The position numbers and the translations under genes are program-made. Shown one piece after another: positions 10,120-20,939 of a stretch of DNA of 64,000 bases; the stretch's first letter is position 1, and each line of letters opens with the position of its first letter. The stretch comes from Candidatus Gottesmanbacteria bacterium (GTDB taxonomy: Bacteria; Patescibacteriota; Microgenomatia; UBA10105; UBA927): contig JAUXTO010000013.1 in assembly GCA_030679255.1 (NCBI GenBank), positions 84,383 through 148,382 on the forward strand, read 5' to 3'. Under the pieces are notes generated by a model. It was not told where the DNA came from. It saw only the letters and a program-made list of their open reading frames with translations, and did not search any database.

Positions 10120-11844
10120 ATGAACAAACTTTGGAAACTGCTGGAAAAGCATATCGTTCTGATCAGTATCATTGCGCTTGCATCAGTCTTACGATTTATC
10201 CATCTCGATAAAATTCCAGCTGCAATCAGTGGCGATGAACTTCTTTATACAATAACGGCAAAATCTATATACCTGACGGGGCACGATATATCCGGTACGT
10301 GGAATCCGTTATCTGTGTTTGCATTCCAATATCCGCCGGGCGAACACCAGGCGGAACTCCCCTATTTTATCCACCTTCTGTTTAGTGGTCCTTTTCCATT
10401 TTCACTTCTCATGTCCAAACTTCCATTTGCTTTATTGAGCATCGGAATAGTGATACTCCTGTATAAAATCGCGGAAGTATTATTTGGAACAAAAGTTGCC
10501 CAATGTACGGGTTTTATTGCCGCGATCAATCCATGGCTGGTGGTCATGGGCAGAACCGGCTATGAATCCACACCAGCAACCTTTTTTTACCTTCTTTCGC
10601 TTTATATGTTACTCACAATCCATTCTTGGAAAATTCTATGGAGTCTCATGCCCTTTTTTCTGGCATTTTACTCCTATATTGGTACAAAACTCATCTTCAT
10701 TCCTTTTGTTCTCACTGCGCTACTTCTGGCGTATGAGACGAATAACCACCGATTCCGAAAAATGTATGGAGTGTTACTTTTCATTTGCTTTATCTTTATG
10801 ACTTGGTTCCTGTTTCTCATACATAATGCATCCGGTGGATCCAGAATTTCAGAGCTCTTTTTTCCAAACTCTCCCCAAGTAAGCTCTGAAGTTGATTCCT
10901 TGAGAAAATTATCCATACAGACTCCGATTCTTTCAGGAGTGATAAATAAATATACAGTTTATTTCCAAATGATCACTGCTAAATTATTGAGAGTATTTTC
11001 ACCGTCCTATCTATTTATTGAGGGAGATCAATTCTTCTTACCTGTGAAACAAAGCTTTTTCTATATCATAGATGCTTTATTTGTTTTGCTCGGATCATTA
11101 TTCCTATTTTCAAAAAATAAACGGAAATGTATCATTGTCATTCTATTTATTCTCATTGGTACCTTTCCCCATATTTTTCATAAAACTTCCGGAGATTTCT
11201 CCGGCCACCTTGCGCTCATGTTTCCTTTTATTATTCTTCTGATTGGATTTGGGATATCAAACGCCATCGAACATGTATCCCATAACCATACATCCATGGC
11301 TACCCTGATCGTTGTGCTTCTTTATGCATCCAGTCTAAGCGGCTTTAGTATTAACTATTTTTATCAGTATCCACTCGTAGGGGCAGGAGATTTTCACATG
11401 AGAGTATTGTCACGGTATCTGAATATGCTCAAAGACGACAACACTTCTGTGACTGTGTATTCGACAACAAGTAGAGACCTGCTGAAAAAATATCTTTTTT
11501 ACACCAACAGTATGTCCCGTGCTACTATGCCCGAGATGAAACGTATATTTTCAAATGAAGCACAAATTAAATTTCAAAATATCCGATTGGTTTCCTGTGA
11601 CGATTCAGTAAAATCTCTCACAGACCACAATCTGGTTATTTATGACGAGAAATGCGGTATGAACATAGACTCGCCTTCCATACAAATTTCACGGCTTACT
11701 GATGCAGGAGCAATATATAAAATATTTAATGATACTCTTTGTGCTCAATTCAAACTAAATCCATATCCCACAAGAGTACAAATATCAGACTTTAACGTTG
11801 AGGGGTTATCAACGGAACGCTATTGTAAAACCTACTTTAATTAG
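10120..11844 (+). CDS. ArnT/PMT-like GT-C glycosyltransferase
   Basis: LRF..L...P.AISGDE motif, NPW....R..YE, multi-TM. Confidence 0.8.
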   Translation: MNKLWKLLEKHIVLISIIALASVLRFIHLDKIPAAISGDELLYTITAKSIYLTGHDISGTWNPLSVFAFQYPPGEHQAELPYFIHLLFSGPFPFSLLMSKLPFALLSIGIVILLYKIAEVLFGTKVAQCTGFIAAINPWLVVMGRTGYESTPATFFYLLSLYMLLTIHSWKILWSLMPFFLAFYSYIGTKLIFIPFVLTALLLAYETNNHRFRKMYGVLLFICFIFMTWFLFLIHNASGGSRISELFFPNSPQVSSEVDSLRKLSIQTPILSGVINKYTVYFQMITAKLLRVFSPSYLFIEGDQFFLPVKQSFFYIIDALFVLLGSLFLFSKNKRKCIIVILFILIGTFPHIFHKTSGDFSGHLALMFPFIILLIGFGISNAIEHVSHNHTSMATLIVVLLYASSLSGFSINYFYQYPLVGAGDFHMRVLSRYLNMLKDDNTSVTVYSTTSRDLLKKYLFYTNSMSRATMPEMKRIFSNEAQIKFQNIRLVSCDDSVKSLTDHNLVIYDEKCGMNIDSPSIQISRLTDAGAIYKIFNDTLCAQFKLNPYPTRVQISDFNVEGLSTERYCKTYFN

Positions 11845-13508
11845 TGTAAATAAGGCACATTCCCGGCTTCGTTCCAATTCTTTTTAGATATTTCAGCGCT
11901 TATGACATACGCCGTCTCCCCCGTCGGATAGGGAATAGCAACCAACTCCACGGCTCCAGGGAGAACTTCCGTTGGAGATCCTACGTATAACACGCGCGGG
12001 TCGAGCGGAACTCCGGTGTTCATATATGTATGAAACTCATATTTATCAAATGCATTTCTCTCTTCATCAAATTTCCCGGATTTGGTTCCCCCGGAAGCGA
12101 GATATTTCGCCGGATCGTACTTCAGATAATAAAGAAAGAATATGTATGGCTGATCCAGGGACGTTGACACAATAATCTTATCAAATTTATCCTGCATGAG
12201 CTTAACCGCGCCTACAGCCTGCTCATGACCGTATTGCCATTCAGAGGCATACTCAACGGGCATATGAATATAGTATTGATGCAGATAAAATAATCCGGAG
12301 AATACTATAATTGCAACTCCGATACCCACTGATGGTATTCGAAACGTTGCTTTCATTGATTCTAACTTCCTATACAGCTCAAACAATCCAATTGCAACAA
12401 ATATCTGTAGTGTGGGTAAAAAAACCAATGTCCGGACTGGATGAGGCAACATCCTAGTAGGAGAGGCAGCAATGGGAGCTGCAAAAAACCATAAAAATAA
12501 TATATATTTACTTTTTCCTTTTTTATTGGCCACGGCAAAAAGCCCATAGAGCAAAACGGGAAGCTCCCATAGATACATAAGACCGAACCCGGGTACATGG
12601 TATTTTCCCTGAACTATTTCTGAAAAAAAGAAATTTGGATCAAAATGAGATAAATAACCCTTTAGAAGGGTTGGAATATCTGCAAACCGCCTGTTATGAA
12701 CAATGGCAGGAAATGGTATCCCCAACGTCTCATCTGTCTGTCTCCAAGATATTGTTCGATTCAGTGGGCCCACATCTCCTAAAGCACTCACTCCACGGGC
12801 TCTCACAAGTCCTTCCGGCGACAGAGACAACTTTAATAGAGGCGTACATAATAGAATAAATACAATTATACCGGCAATAAAATATTTTTTTTGCTGAATA
12901 ATTTCCCGGTAATTAATAACGAAATATCCAACTATAAATATCGGTATAAATACTCGAGAGCTATGATACGACCATACCGATAACGCGAGAATAAAAAATG
13001 CCGGAATATAAAAAATGTTTTTTTTCAATGCTTTTAACAGCAACATGATACCAAAAACAGTAAAAAATACTGCTATATTTGCTTCATAAGCAGAACGGGA
13101 AAATTGCAGATGCCAAGGGGAAATAGCGAGAAGAAAACTTGCAATGAGTCCAATAGATGCGCTTGCAAATAAACTTTCTACCAATACGTACGTAAGATAT
13201 ACGGTTACCGTGCCCAGAACCGCTGATGGTAACCGCACGCTAAAATCGTTTAATCCAAACATTGCGATGCTCGGTACGGTCAGGTAGATATACACGGGCA
13301 TTTTAAAATCATCAAACGACTGAAAGAGAAGTGGAAATTTTTTCCCATATTCATCTTTTCCGGTTTTCAAAATTGAATAAGCATTGTATCCGATTGCCAC
13401 CTCATCCGCATTGAGGCTCGTCGGAACAATACCTAACTTATAGAATCTCAACGTCGCCGCAATAAACAGAATGATCGTTACGGCAATAATTTTTTTATAG
13501 ACTCCCAT
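11841..13508 (-). CDS. ArnT/PMT-like GT-C glycosyltransferase
   Basis: ADEVAIGYNAYSILKTGKDEYG, SPWHLQFSRSAYE and EWQYG motifs. Start ATG 13508 follows TATAAT. Confidence 0.85.
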   Translation of the reverse strand: MGVYKKIIAVTIILFIAATLRFYKLGIVPTSLNADEVAIGYNAYSILKTGKDEYGKKFPLLFQSFDDFKMPVYIYLTVPSIAMFGLNDFSVRLPSAVLGTVTVYLTYVLVESLFASASIGLIASFLLAISPWHLQFSRSAYEANIAVFFTVFGIMLLLKALKKNIFYIPAFFILALSVWSYHSSRVFIPIFIVGYFVINYREIIQQKKYFIAGIIVFILLCTPLLKLSLSPEGLVRARGVSALGDVGPLNRTISWRQTDETLGIPFPAIVHNRRFADIPTLLKGYLSHFDPNFFFSEIVQGKYHVPGFGLMYLWELPVLLYGLFAVANKKGKSKYILFLWFFAAPIAASPTRMLPHPVRTLVFLPTLQIFVAIGLFELYRKLESMKATFRIPSVGIGVAIIVFSGLFYLHQYYIHMPVEYASEWQYGHEQAVGAVKLMQDKFDKIIVSTSLDQPYIFFLYYLKYDPAKYLASGGTKSGKFDEERNAFDKYEFHTYMNTGVPLDPRVLYVGSPTEVLPGAVELVAIPYPTGETAYVISAEISKKNWNEAGNVPYLH

Positions 13509-13514
13509 ATTTGT

Positions 13515-13520
13515 ATTATA
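13515..13520 (-). promoter_or_regulatory. -10 box TATAAT 6 nt before ATG (leaderless promoter)
   Basis: Minus strand reads TATAAT-acaaat-ATG. Confidence 0.55.
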
Positions 13521-14391
13521 TTTTCTTTTTCCTCGCAATAACAACCATATTGTCTCTCACAGGCAAATAAAGTGGCAATTCTCCCAGCCGTAATATATTC
13601 ACAAATCGATAAAGATATTCCGCAATTTTACTTTCCCCACCAGTACGGGCCAGATGTAATACGTATCGCAAACTTAACCACTTCCCGATTCTCGTCCAGA
13701 GAACGGGTTCAAATCCTTTTTTCCGAAGCAACGTCGCCATATTTACACGATTAAAATAATGAATATGTTGTGGCGGACTAAAAAAAGTCCATCTTCTCCC
13801 CAAAATCTTTGCAAATATACTCGCCGTATCTCCAGTTGCGATGACGACGATACCATCATCTTTAAGCAAGGCATGCACTGTCTCCAAATCTTTTCCGGGA
13901 TCCGACAAATGTTCAAAAACATCAAACATCGTCACAACATCAAATGATTTCGGACGTTTGGAAACGTCAGAAAGGACGCATTTTTCTATGAGCGAAGAAC
14001 CTACCAACTTCTTTGCCTTTTTAATCGCGTAATCAGAAGGATCGATACCATGCGCATCATACCCTTGCCTTTGCGAAAGCTCAACAAAAAATCCTAATGC
14101 GCATCCCACATCCAAAAGCTTCCCATCAGGTTTAAATCCACTAATCAACCGTAAAAACTTACGCATGTTCGCTTGTATATACGGCTTATCATGTTCATAA
14201 TTTTCATAAGCAGCCCGGGACTGATCACCTGTGAAATACTCTTTACGATAATACCGATCCACGAATGAACGATACTCCTCGTCCATTGATAAACAAATAT
14301 GTCCGCAAAGCGTACAACGCTGTAACACGTAATTATTCTTAAGTAAATATGGCTTGAGACCTCCCCCACAAATTATGCATGATGCGGACAT
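13516..14391 (-). CDS. Class I SAM-dependent methyltransferase with N-terminal CxxC/CxxC
   Basis: LLDVGCALGFF motif I and FDVFEHL.DP; typical of glycan-cluster methyltransferases. Confidence 0.85.
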   Translation of the reverse strand: MSASCIICGGGLKPYLLKNNYVLQRCTLCGHICLSMDEEYRSFVDRYYRKEYFTGDQSRAAYENYEHDKPYIQANMRKFLRLISGFKPDGKLLDVGCALGFFVELSQRQGYDAHGIDPSDYAIKKAKKLVGSSLIEKCVLSDVSKRPKSFDVVTMFDVFEHLSDPGKDLETVHALLKDDGIVVIATGDTASIFAKILGRRWTFFSPPQHIHYFNRVNMATLLRKKGFEPVLWTRIGKWLSLRYVLHLARTGGESKIAEYLYRFVNILRLGELPLYLPVRDNMVVIARKKKI

Positions 14392-14406
14392 AATGCCTCC
14401 CAGAAT

Positions 14407-15315
14407 TTATTGTAACGGTACCGACAAATCATCTATTCGACAAATTTGACAATAACGAATTCTGGAAACCAAAACATGAGGAATATACACAAATGCCCAT
14501 ACAAAACCCACTACCATAGCCGCGTCTCTTCGTATAATCGCCTGTACAATCCTTATAGGAGTCCAAATAAGATGTGCCAACCATAAATGAACATTCGATA
14601 AATTTTTCCAAATAAACAAAAATTGATTCCTGTATGCTATGATATTCACCTGTAACGATGAATATCCTTGTTTGATCGCCCCCTTTGCATGTTCATGAGT
14701 AACCACAGATTTAGGTTCAAATACCAAACCATATCCTGACTTTAAGGCCCGATACGAAAGATCAATGTCCTCCCAATAAAATGGACTGAATATCTCATCC
14801 ATACCACCGAGTTTTTCCCAAATTGACTTACGAAATGCTCCACTGCCACCTGAAACCCAAGCAGTAATGGTAGTATCGACTTTTCCTCGCGAGTGGATGA
14901 AAAACCCTTTCTCCCATTTGGCTTCCCCTCTCCCCCGAAAAACCGTTATTTTTTCTTCAATACTATTTTCTATGCAGCCAACGGCAAAAACTGACGGAGT
15001 ATCAAAATGTTTTAATAGTGGAGTAAGAAAGTCCTTTTCCGGCCGCACATCAGTATTGAGGAGTACGACAATCTCTCCGACGGCCTCCCGTACTCCCATA
15101 TTTACCGAACTGGCAAACCCGTCGTTGTGCGTTTTTTTAATAATCTTCACGGTAGGAAATTTCTTGACGAGAAAATCGACAGACGCATCCGTCGATGCAT
15201 CATCAACGACGATGATTTCGCTACCACCGACTGCAGCAAGCACAAATGGTAAATTTTTTTGGAGTAATTCTGCCCCATTTCTATTAGGAATAATAATGCT
15301 GACCTTATAATGCAT
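14407..15315 (-). CDS. GT2 glycosyltransferase
   Basis: SIIIPN.NG, VVDDASTD, LLNTD and YWEDIDL motifs. Start moved to ATG 15315. Confidence 0.9.
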   Translation of the reverse strand: MHYKVSIIIPNRNGAELLQKNLPFVLAAVGGSEIIVVDDASTDASVDFLVKKFPTVKIIKKTHNDGFASSVNMGVREAVGEIVVLLNTDVRPEKDFLTPLLKHFDTPSVFAVGCIENSIEEKITVFRGRGEAKWEKGFFIHSRGKVDTTITAWVSGGSGAFRKSIWEKLGGMDEIFSPFYWEDIDLSYRALKSGYGLVFEPKSVVTHEHAKGAIKQGYSSLQVNIIAYRNQFLFIWKNLSNVHLWLAHLIWTPIRIVQAIIRRDAAMVVGFVWAFVYIPHVLVSRIRYCQICRIDDLSVPLQ

Positions 15316-17590
15316 ACGAAAATAGTACTGTATGTGTGCCGGCCGGTACCACGATACCCTGAAAAGCATAATTTGTCCGGTATATCTGGGTTTTTTTGCC
15401 ATCAATCGCCGCACGCCAACCCGGGTGATAGGTATTGCTCACCACGAGTAATCTCGGTACGGAAAACGATGTATCAATGTTCAGCCTGTTCGATTGATAT
15501 GTTTTCAATGATACGTATTCTTCGCTTCTCATAGGAACGGAAAGAACAGATACATCTCCTTCAACCACCGCCTCGCGCCGAACATCCTTCACGGCATACA
15601 GCGCTTTTATCGTTTCCTCTTTTCCGCTCGTCCTGATCGTCTTCTCCACCGCCCAAACGCGCGGAAACAATCGGCTGTCTTCATACACTCTCGTCTCTCC
15701 CTCCACAAATACTTTCTTTAAGAATGGCTCGGAGAGATCGGTAAGCGATAGAATATATTTCACATTTACGATCGGAAGTAATGATGAATGCAAAGACGCG
15801 AGCGTAATAATTCTATTAAATCCAAAAGGGGGCGACACATCCGGTTTACCCCGGGCAATTGCCGCCATAAACTCCTCATAACGCGATCCAATGATCGGAT
15901 CATACCCCTCTATGGATTCTATACCAAAATAGCTTGCCGTATTTGGGGGAAGGATTCGTTTATCGACACTCATTATTCGAAACGGGCGTGGCTGTTGTTT
16001 TAGAAATGATAGAATCTTCGTTTCCGGAAAAAAGTATTCTCGCGGGGTAAACGGCGTAAACTTCCACCCGAACCGAAGTAAATCTACCGCGACCAACCCC
16101 ACGAAACTCCATGCGAGTATGTTTCTTAAAGAGACAATACGGTGCAAACGGTGGTACAAGATAAACAATGCTGCAGCAACTATGAACAAAACAGTCGGTA
16201 AGACGAGATTGCGCATGCTCACCTGAAGAGATCCGGAGATCGAAACTACCCAAAGAATAGCAAGTATTCCCCCAAGGGAACACAGGGACCATATCCAACG
16301 ACGTCGTTTCGTATTTTCAAGAAACTCATGACAACCGTACGCGGCTAGCACAGCAAGAGCGAAATCTACGATAAACAAGAGCCTCGTGGGTTGAAGTGAG
16401 GAGAGTATGGGGACTTTCAGGATAAACGGCAAGGCCGAAATAGGTGTTGGAAGAGCAAAAAGCAAAGCGGCTGCACTTATCCAAATCCAAAACCGGTGTT
16501 TCTTGAATGAAGGTGAAAAAATAGCGATGAATGCAAACACCAATGGCAATATACCTATATAGCCCACAAATTCTCCATAATTCCACTGACCCCAGTAGTT
16601 GAGCGTCGTCGGATTACCGAAAAAATCCGGTGCCACGAACTGTACAAGATGTGCCCATGGTATTAACCATCCTTCCTTATTCCAGGCCGCACTATCGAAA
16701 ACACGGCTACTCTGCTGAGTCCAATCCAAAAATGGAATCCATTGAACGGCCGTGAGTATCGCCACCAAGCTTAATAAAAAAATGAACACGAACACTGACT
16801 TTTTTTGCTCTTTCGCTTGAAAAATCCGCATCACACCGTAGGCGATAACCACAAGAATAAAATAAAGTGAAATTTGTGCGTGTCCCGCAAAGAATTGAAA
16901 AACTAAGCTTACTATAAAGACCATCGACCAAAAAATTGATTCCCGCTGGAGTTTACCCCGCCTTTGGCGGGACGGGAATGACATCCCTGCTAGAAGCATT
17001 CTGTCTATAGAAAGGAGTGCTAGCGGCAGCCAGAGAGCTACGTGACCAATGGTCCCCCACGTAAACCAAGCGACATTAAATCCCGAAAAACTCCAGGCTA
17101 TGGCTCCCAAGAGACTTGCAATAGACCGCAAGGCAAGCGACCGGAGATACCAATACATGAAAAGTCCTGCAAGCAACGGCTGGAGCATGATGAGCATCGC
17201 CCATGCATCAATAAACGGGAATACTAAAAAAAGGATATTTAAAGGGTACAAAGCAGCCGCTTGAATATTGGTAAGGATCGGAGCTCCGGAAAAGTTATAT
17301 GGATTCCATAGTGGGATTTCCCCCTGCTTCCATTGATCAATGGCAATTTTTCTCCATGGAATCTGCTGCCGAACGGGATCAGTAATCAGAAAATTTTTGA
17401 ATGGAACCCCCCGGGGATTCGTATCACTGTAGAGATCCCGCCATGGATGATAAAGTCCGACCAGTGTATCAGAAGGGACCGGCAATTTACCTTCAAAAAA
17501 TACTGGTGAAAAAAATACGGTCACGACGAACAAAAGGGCTGCAACCGCAAACACCTCGCCAACCCAAGCGTGGAATGATTTACGCCTCAT
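15305..17590 (-). CDS. YfhO-family GT-C glycosyltransferase
   Basis: PLWNPYNFSG, PDFFGNP and the C-terminal YfhO signature. Contains a 45-bp palindromic insertion. Confidence 0.85.
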   Translation of the reverse strand: MRRKSFHAWVGEVFAVAALLFVVTVFFSPVFFEGKLPVPSDTLVGLYHPWRDLYSDTNPRGVPFKNFLITDPVRQQIPWRKIAIDQWKQGEIPLWNPYNFSGAPILTNIQAAALYPLNILFLVFPFIDAWAMLIMLQPLLAGLFMYWYLRSLALRSIASLLGAIAWSFSGFNVAWFTWGTIGHVALWLPLALLSIDRMLLAGMSFPSRQRRGKLQRESIFWSMVFIVSLVFQFFAGHAQISLYFILVVIAYGVMRIFQAKEQKKSVFVFIFLLSLVAILTAVQWIPFLDWTQQSSRVFDSAAWNKEGWLIPWAHLVQFVAPDFFGNPTTLNYWGQWNYGEFVGYIGILPLVFAFIAIFSPSFKKHRFWIWISAAALLFALPTPISALPFILKVPILSSLQPTRLLFIVDFALAVLAAYGCHEFLENTKRRRWIWSLCSLGGILAILWVVSISGSLQVSMRNLVLPTVLFIVAAALFILYHRLHRIVSLRNILAWSFVGLVAVDLLRFGWKFTPFTPREYFFPETKILSFLKQQPRPFRIMSVDKRILPPNTASYFGIESIEGYDPIIGSRYEEFMAAIARGKPDVSPPFGFNRIITLASLHSSLLPIVNVKYILSLTDLSEPFLKKVFVEGETRVYEDSRLFPRVWAVEKTIRTSGKEETIKALYAVKDVRREAVVEGDVSVLSVPMRSEEYVSLKTYQSNRLNIDTSFSVPRLLVVSNTYHPGWRAAIDGKKTQIYRTNYAFQGIVVPAGTHTVLFSYAL
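16938..16982. repeat. Nested palindromic mini-element (45 bp) inside the CDS
   Basis: Outer inverted repeat ATTCCCG/CGGGAAT and inner hairpin CCCGCC-TTT-GGCGGG at 16957-16971. Confidence 0.7.
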
Positions 17591-18636
17591 AGGGTAATCT
17601 TTGATAGAATCGCATCAAACGAATCACAAAATCGGGAAACAGAAAATTCCTTACTTTTTGCTACAGTATTTTTTTGCATCGTTTCCGCAAGAGTATTATC
17701 CGTCATGAGCAACGTCGTTTTGGCTATCAGATCGCTCCTTGAGGTCCAAAGAAACCCATTCGTTCCATGATCGACAATTTCAGATTGACCCCCACCATGA
17801 AAGACGACTGGAATAACCCCAACTGACATGGCCTCTACCGTAGAAATTCCGAAATGTTCCATGAAACGCGGATCAGATTCTCCAAATCCGGCTGCATGCC
17901 AATATATCCGAGCGCGAAGATAATAATCAGTGAGTTTGTTGAATGAGATATTCGGTTCAAATATAATCGGCAGTCCTCTTGATATATCTTTAAGATGATT
18001 CAAATACCCCTCCTCACCTGGCATCATCCCACCCGCAAACACCAATTTCCATCCGTTCCATTTCTTGATTTTTATTCCTTCAGTAAATGACTCTATAAGG
18101 ACGTGTTGCTTTTTAGCGGTATGTATTCCGGTAAACCGCCCTACTGAAAGTATAATATTTTCTTTTTTTGTACGAGACGTTGGAACCGGGGAAACGGGCG
18201 GATATATGACGCACGCATCGCCACGGATACGTCTATCCAGAGCATCTTTGGTAAATTGAGAATTGCAAACGACCACCTGGTAACGAGTTAGCTTAATGGG
18301 CGAATAGGATATATTCCCAAATGGAGATTGGTAATGGAGAATATTGTATTTGGCAAGCGTGGAAGGAATGCTTCCATCACTCAGGAAAAAAATAAGATCA
18401 TATTGGCGGGTCAACACCAGCTTTTTGAGCACGGAAGTATCCCCAAATATATTCCGGGCAACTTTAATTCTCGAAAGGTCAATATTGAAACGTTTTTGAG
18501 CGTTGCGTAAAATGTCGCTCTGATTCCAAAAAACTGAAACCGAATGCATCTTGGACCAATGGGAGGCAAGGGTAAAAACATACCTCTCGCCGCCGCCAAG
18601 CGTATCTAAATACGGAGAATAGAATCCTATATTCAT
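17587..18636 (-). CDS. GT4 glycosyltransferase
   Basis: GGGERY, ILSVGRF, KK, and EHFGISTVEAM (EX7E). Start moved to ATG 18636. Confidence 0.9.
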   Translation of the reverse strand: MNIGFYSPYLDTLGGGERYVFTLASHWSKMHSVSVFWNQSDILRNAQKRFNIDLSRIKVARNIFGDTSVLKKLVLTRQYDLIFFLSDGSIPSTLAKYNILHYQSPFGNISYSPIKLTRYQVVVCNSQFTKDALDRRIRGDACVIYPPVSPVPTSRTKKENIILSVGRFTGIHTAKKQHVLIESFTEGIKIKKWNGWKLVFAGGMMPGEEGYLNHLKDISRGLPIIFEPNISFNKLTDYYLRARIYWHAAGFGESDPRFMEHFGISTVEAMSVGVIPVVFHGGGQSEIVDHGTNGFLWTSRSDLIAKTTLLMTDNTLAETMQKNTVAKSKEFSVSRFCDSFDAILSKITL

Positions 18637-20936
18637 ACCTTTTTTATACGGTAGATCATGATCATCATTGATACTCCGCCTATAACCGCAATCCATAATC
18701 CATAAACAAAGCTCTTTGGCCAGTATACCATCCGGATGGTGTGCTCACCCGGAGGCACTCCAACTACCCGGAAATCATAGTCCGCCCGGTCTATTCTTGC
18801 ATCCTCTCCATCAACTGTTGCTTGCCAGCCATTATCATAGACATCAGAAAGAAACAATAATTTCGGCACCGCAGACTTTGATTGCAGCACAATTTCGTTG
18901 GGAGTATATTTTGCAATGTCCACACTTCCTTCTCCCGATTGAGGAATCAGCACCGGTTCACGCTCTAATACAACAGTATCTCTGGGATTAAAATGGTCAG
19001 AATAGAGTGTATCCAGTATGCTTTGATCATTTACTGCAATGCGATAAGAAGAAGCCAAAAAAGCACGAGGCAAGACTTCTGCATTTTCATACACCTGGTA
19101 ATGCTTATTTCTATAGATACTTTGATAATTCGGATAGTTCCAATATGGATATGTCCATGACTGCCGACCGTCACTCAATCGATGTGCCAATAAACGCGTA
19201 CCTAATAGGCGCAATACTTGCTCTGCAAACTTTCCATTTTTTGGAAATTGCACGACCGACCGTTCCGGTGTTGTGAGTGTTCCATCATACGCGAAGCGTA
19301 TAAACTCACCGTACCGCTTTTGATACACCGCATCATACCCTTCTATACCAGCTAGTGAGAATCCATTGGTCACCTCACCTCCAACATTGCCAAAAAATCT
19401 ATCATACCCGATGTTTTTTTTAATAAATAGCAAAATATCCACATCGGGATAGACATACTCCCGCCGTTCAAACGGCATCCACTTTATCGCATACCGAAGC
19501 ATATCCATTGCAGTGATACCAATGCATAAACCTATCAACATTCGCCTCATGAATTTCCACCGCTTGATATACCCAACAATTACGAATAGACAAAAACTCG
19601 CGGAAAGAACTGTTGAAAATATAACGTTCCTCTTTGCAATTAATAGTTTATCCACCGGAAAGGGCCGATAAATGAGAAGAATGCCCCAGATCAAAATAAG
19701 GCAAATACCGATACCGAGTAGAAATGGTGATGAAATATTCTTTTTGTTGGATTCCCAATCTTCTCTCAGCCTGTCCAATCCGAATGCTGCAATGACCACC
19801 AGAGAAAAACTTGTCAATACAATAACACGTGCGGCATAACTCGTTGAGATCGCAGGAATTTTAAGTAATAGCACTAGGTTATTGAGTGGAGAAGGAGTCG
19901 CCATGAATAACGTGATGATAGCTAAGCCTAAAAAAAATGCGATCCCTCTCGTCCGCCGCACAATGGCATAGATGACGAGAAGGAAAGGAATGACCCCAAT
20001 GTAAGATGCCCATTCAGCATAATAGCCAAACCAATCATTGCGGGTTACCGGATTACCAAAAAAATCCGGTGAAAACAATGTCACCAGATAGTTCCACGCA
20101 ATTCCACCAGTCTGGGCAAATAATTCGCTCCGAACTGAATGGCTATATGCTTCCAAAGATAGCAAAATCTGCGGGGAGCTCGCCATGAGACCGATAACAA
20201 CTGCCATACCCAGTTCTACTCCAGCTCTACCGTGCTTCACTTGATATGTTTGATACATAATGTAACTCGATACGGCAATCAACACGTACATGCTAATCTG
20301 AAAATGACCTGAAAAAAATGACCAGGCAACAAAAAATGATATGAATACGAGATTCCACCACGTTCGATTATTGACATGCATGCTCACAAGCGCCATCAAA
20401 AGTGGTAACCATAATATCGCCCAACCGAGCGTCCCATACGCCATCCATACGGTCAAAAATCCGCAAAACATGAATGCTATAGATCCAAGGGTACTCGCCT
20501 CCTGTGACCGCTTGAGACAACGAAGAAAGTAATACATAAAAAATCCAGCTAATAAAGGCTGAAGAAGAATACTCATACTCCACGCATCCATAAATGGTAA
20601 AATACCATAGAGGAGATTAATCGGAGAAAACACTGCTGTTTGATAATTACCTGCATGCGGAGTGCCAGAAAAACTGTACGGATTCCATAATGGGATCTGG
20701 CCCTCTCTCCAACTATCTATCGTAATTTTCTTCCATGGATATATTTGCGAGATAACATCCGGCATTGCATTATTTTTCACCGGCATACCGTATTCAGTGT
20801 TCCAGGGAGGAAAGAATGTAACAAGATAAGAACTTGGAAACGGGACAAGATTCCTCAAAAAATACGGTGAAGAAAAAATAAACCAGACTAAAATGATAAC
20901 TCCAATTGGCCAAGATCGTACTAAAAAATGTTTCAT
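18633..20936 (-). CDS. YfhO-family GT-C glycosyltransferase
   Basis: PLWNPYSFSGTP, PDFFGNP and the C-terminal GW..TVDG...RADYDFR..VPPGEH. Confidence 0.85.
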   Translation of the reverse strand: MKHFLVRSWPIGVIILVWFIFSSPYFLRNLVPFPSSYLVTFFPPWNTEYGMPVKNNAMPDVISQIYPWKKITIDSWREGQIPLWNPYSFSGTPHAGNYQTAVFSPINLLYGILPFMDAWSMSILLQPLLAGFFMYYFLRCLKRSQEASTLGSIAFMFCGFLTVWMAYGTLGWAILWLPLLMALVSMHVNNRTWWNLVFISFFVAWSFFSGHFQISMYVLIAVSSYIMYQTYQVKHGRAGVELGMAVVIGLMASSPQILLSLEAYSHSVRSELFAQTGGIAWNYLVTLFSPDFFGNPVTRNDWFGYYAEWASYIGVIPFLLVIYAIVRRTRGIAFFLGLAIITLFMATPSPLNNLVLLLKIPAISTSYAARVIVLTSFSLVVIAAFGLDRLREDWESNKKNISSPFLLGIGICLILIWGILLIYRPFPVDKLLIAKRNVIFSTVLSASFCLFVIVGYIKRWKFMRRMLIGLCIGITAMDMLRYAIKWMPFERREYVYPDVDILLFIKKNIGYDRFFGNVGGEVTNGFSLAGIEGYDAVYQKRYGEFIRFAYDGTLTTPERSVVQFPKNGKFAEQVLRLLGTRLLAHRLSDGRQSWTYPYWNYPNYQSIYRNKHYQVYENAEVLPRAFLASSYRIAVNDQSILDTLYSDHFNPRDTVVLEREPVLIPQSGEGSVDIAKYTPNEIVLQSKSAVPKLLFLSDVYDNGWQATVDGEDARIDRADYDFRVVGVPPGEHTIRMVYWPKSFVYGLWIAVIGGVSMMIMIYRIKKV

Positions 20937-20939
20937 TGA

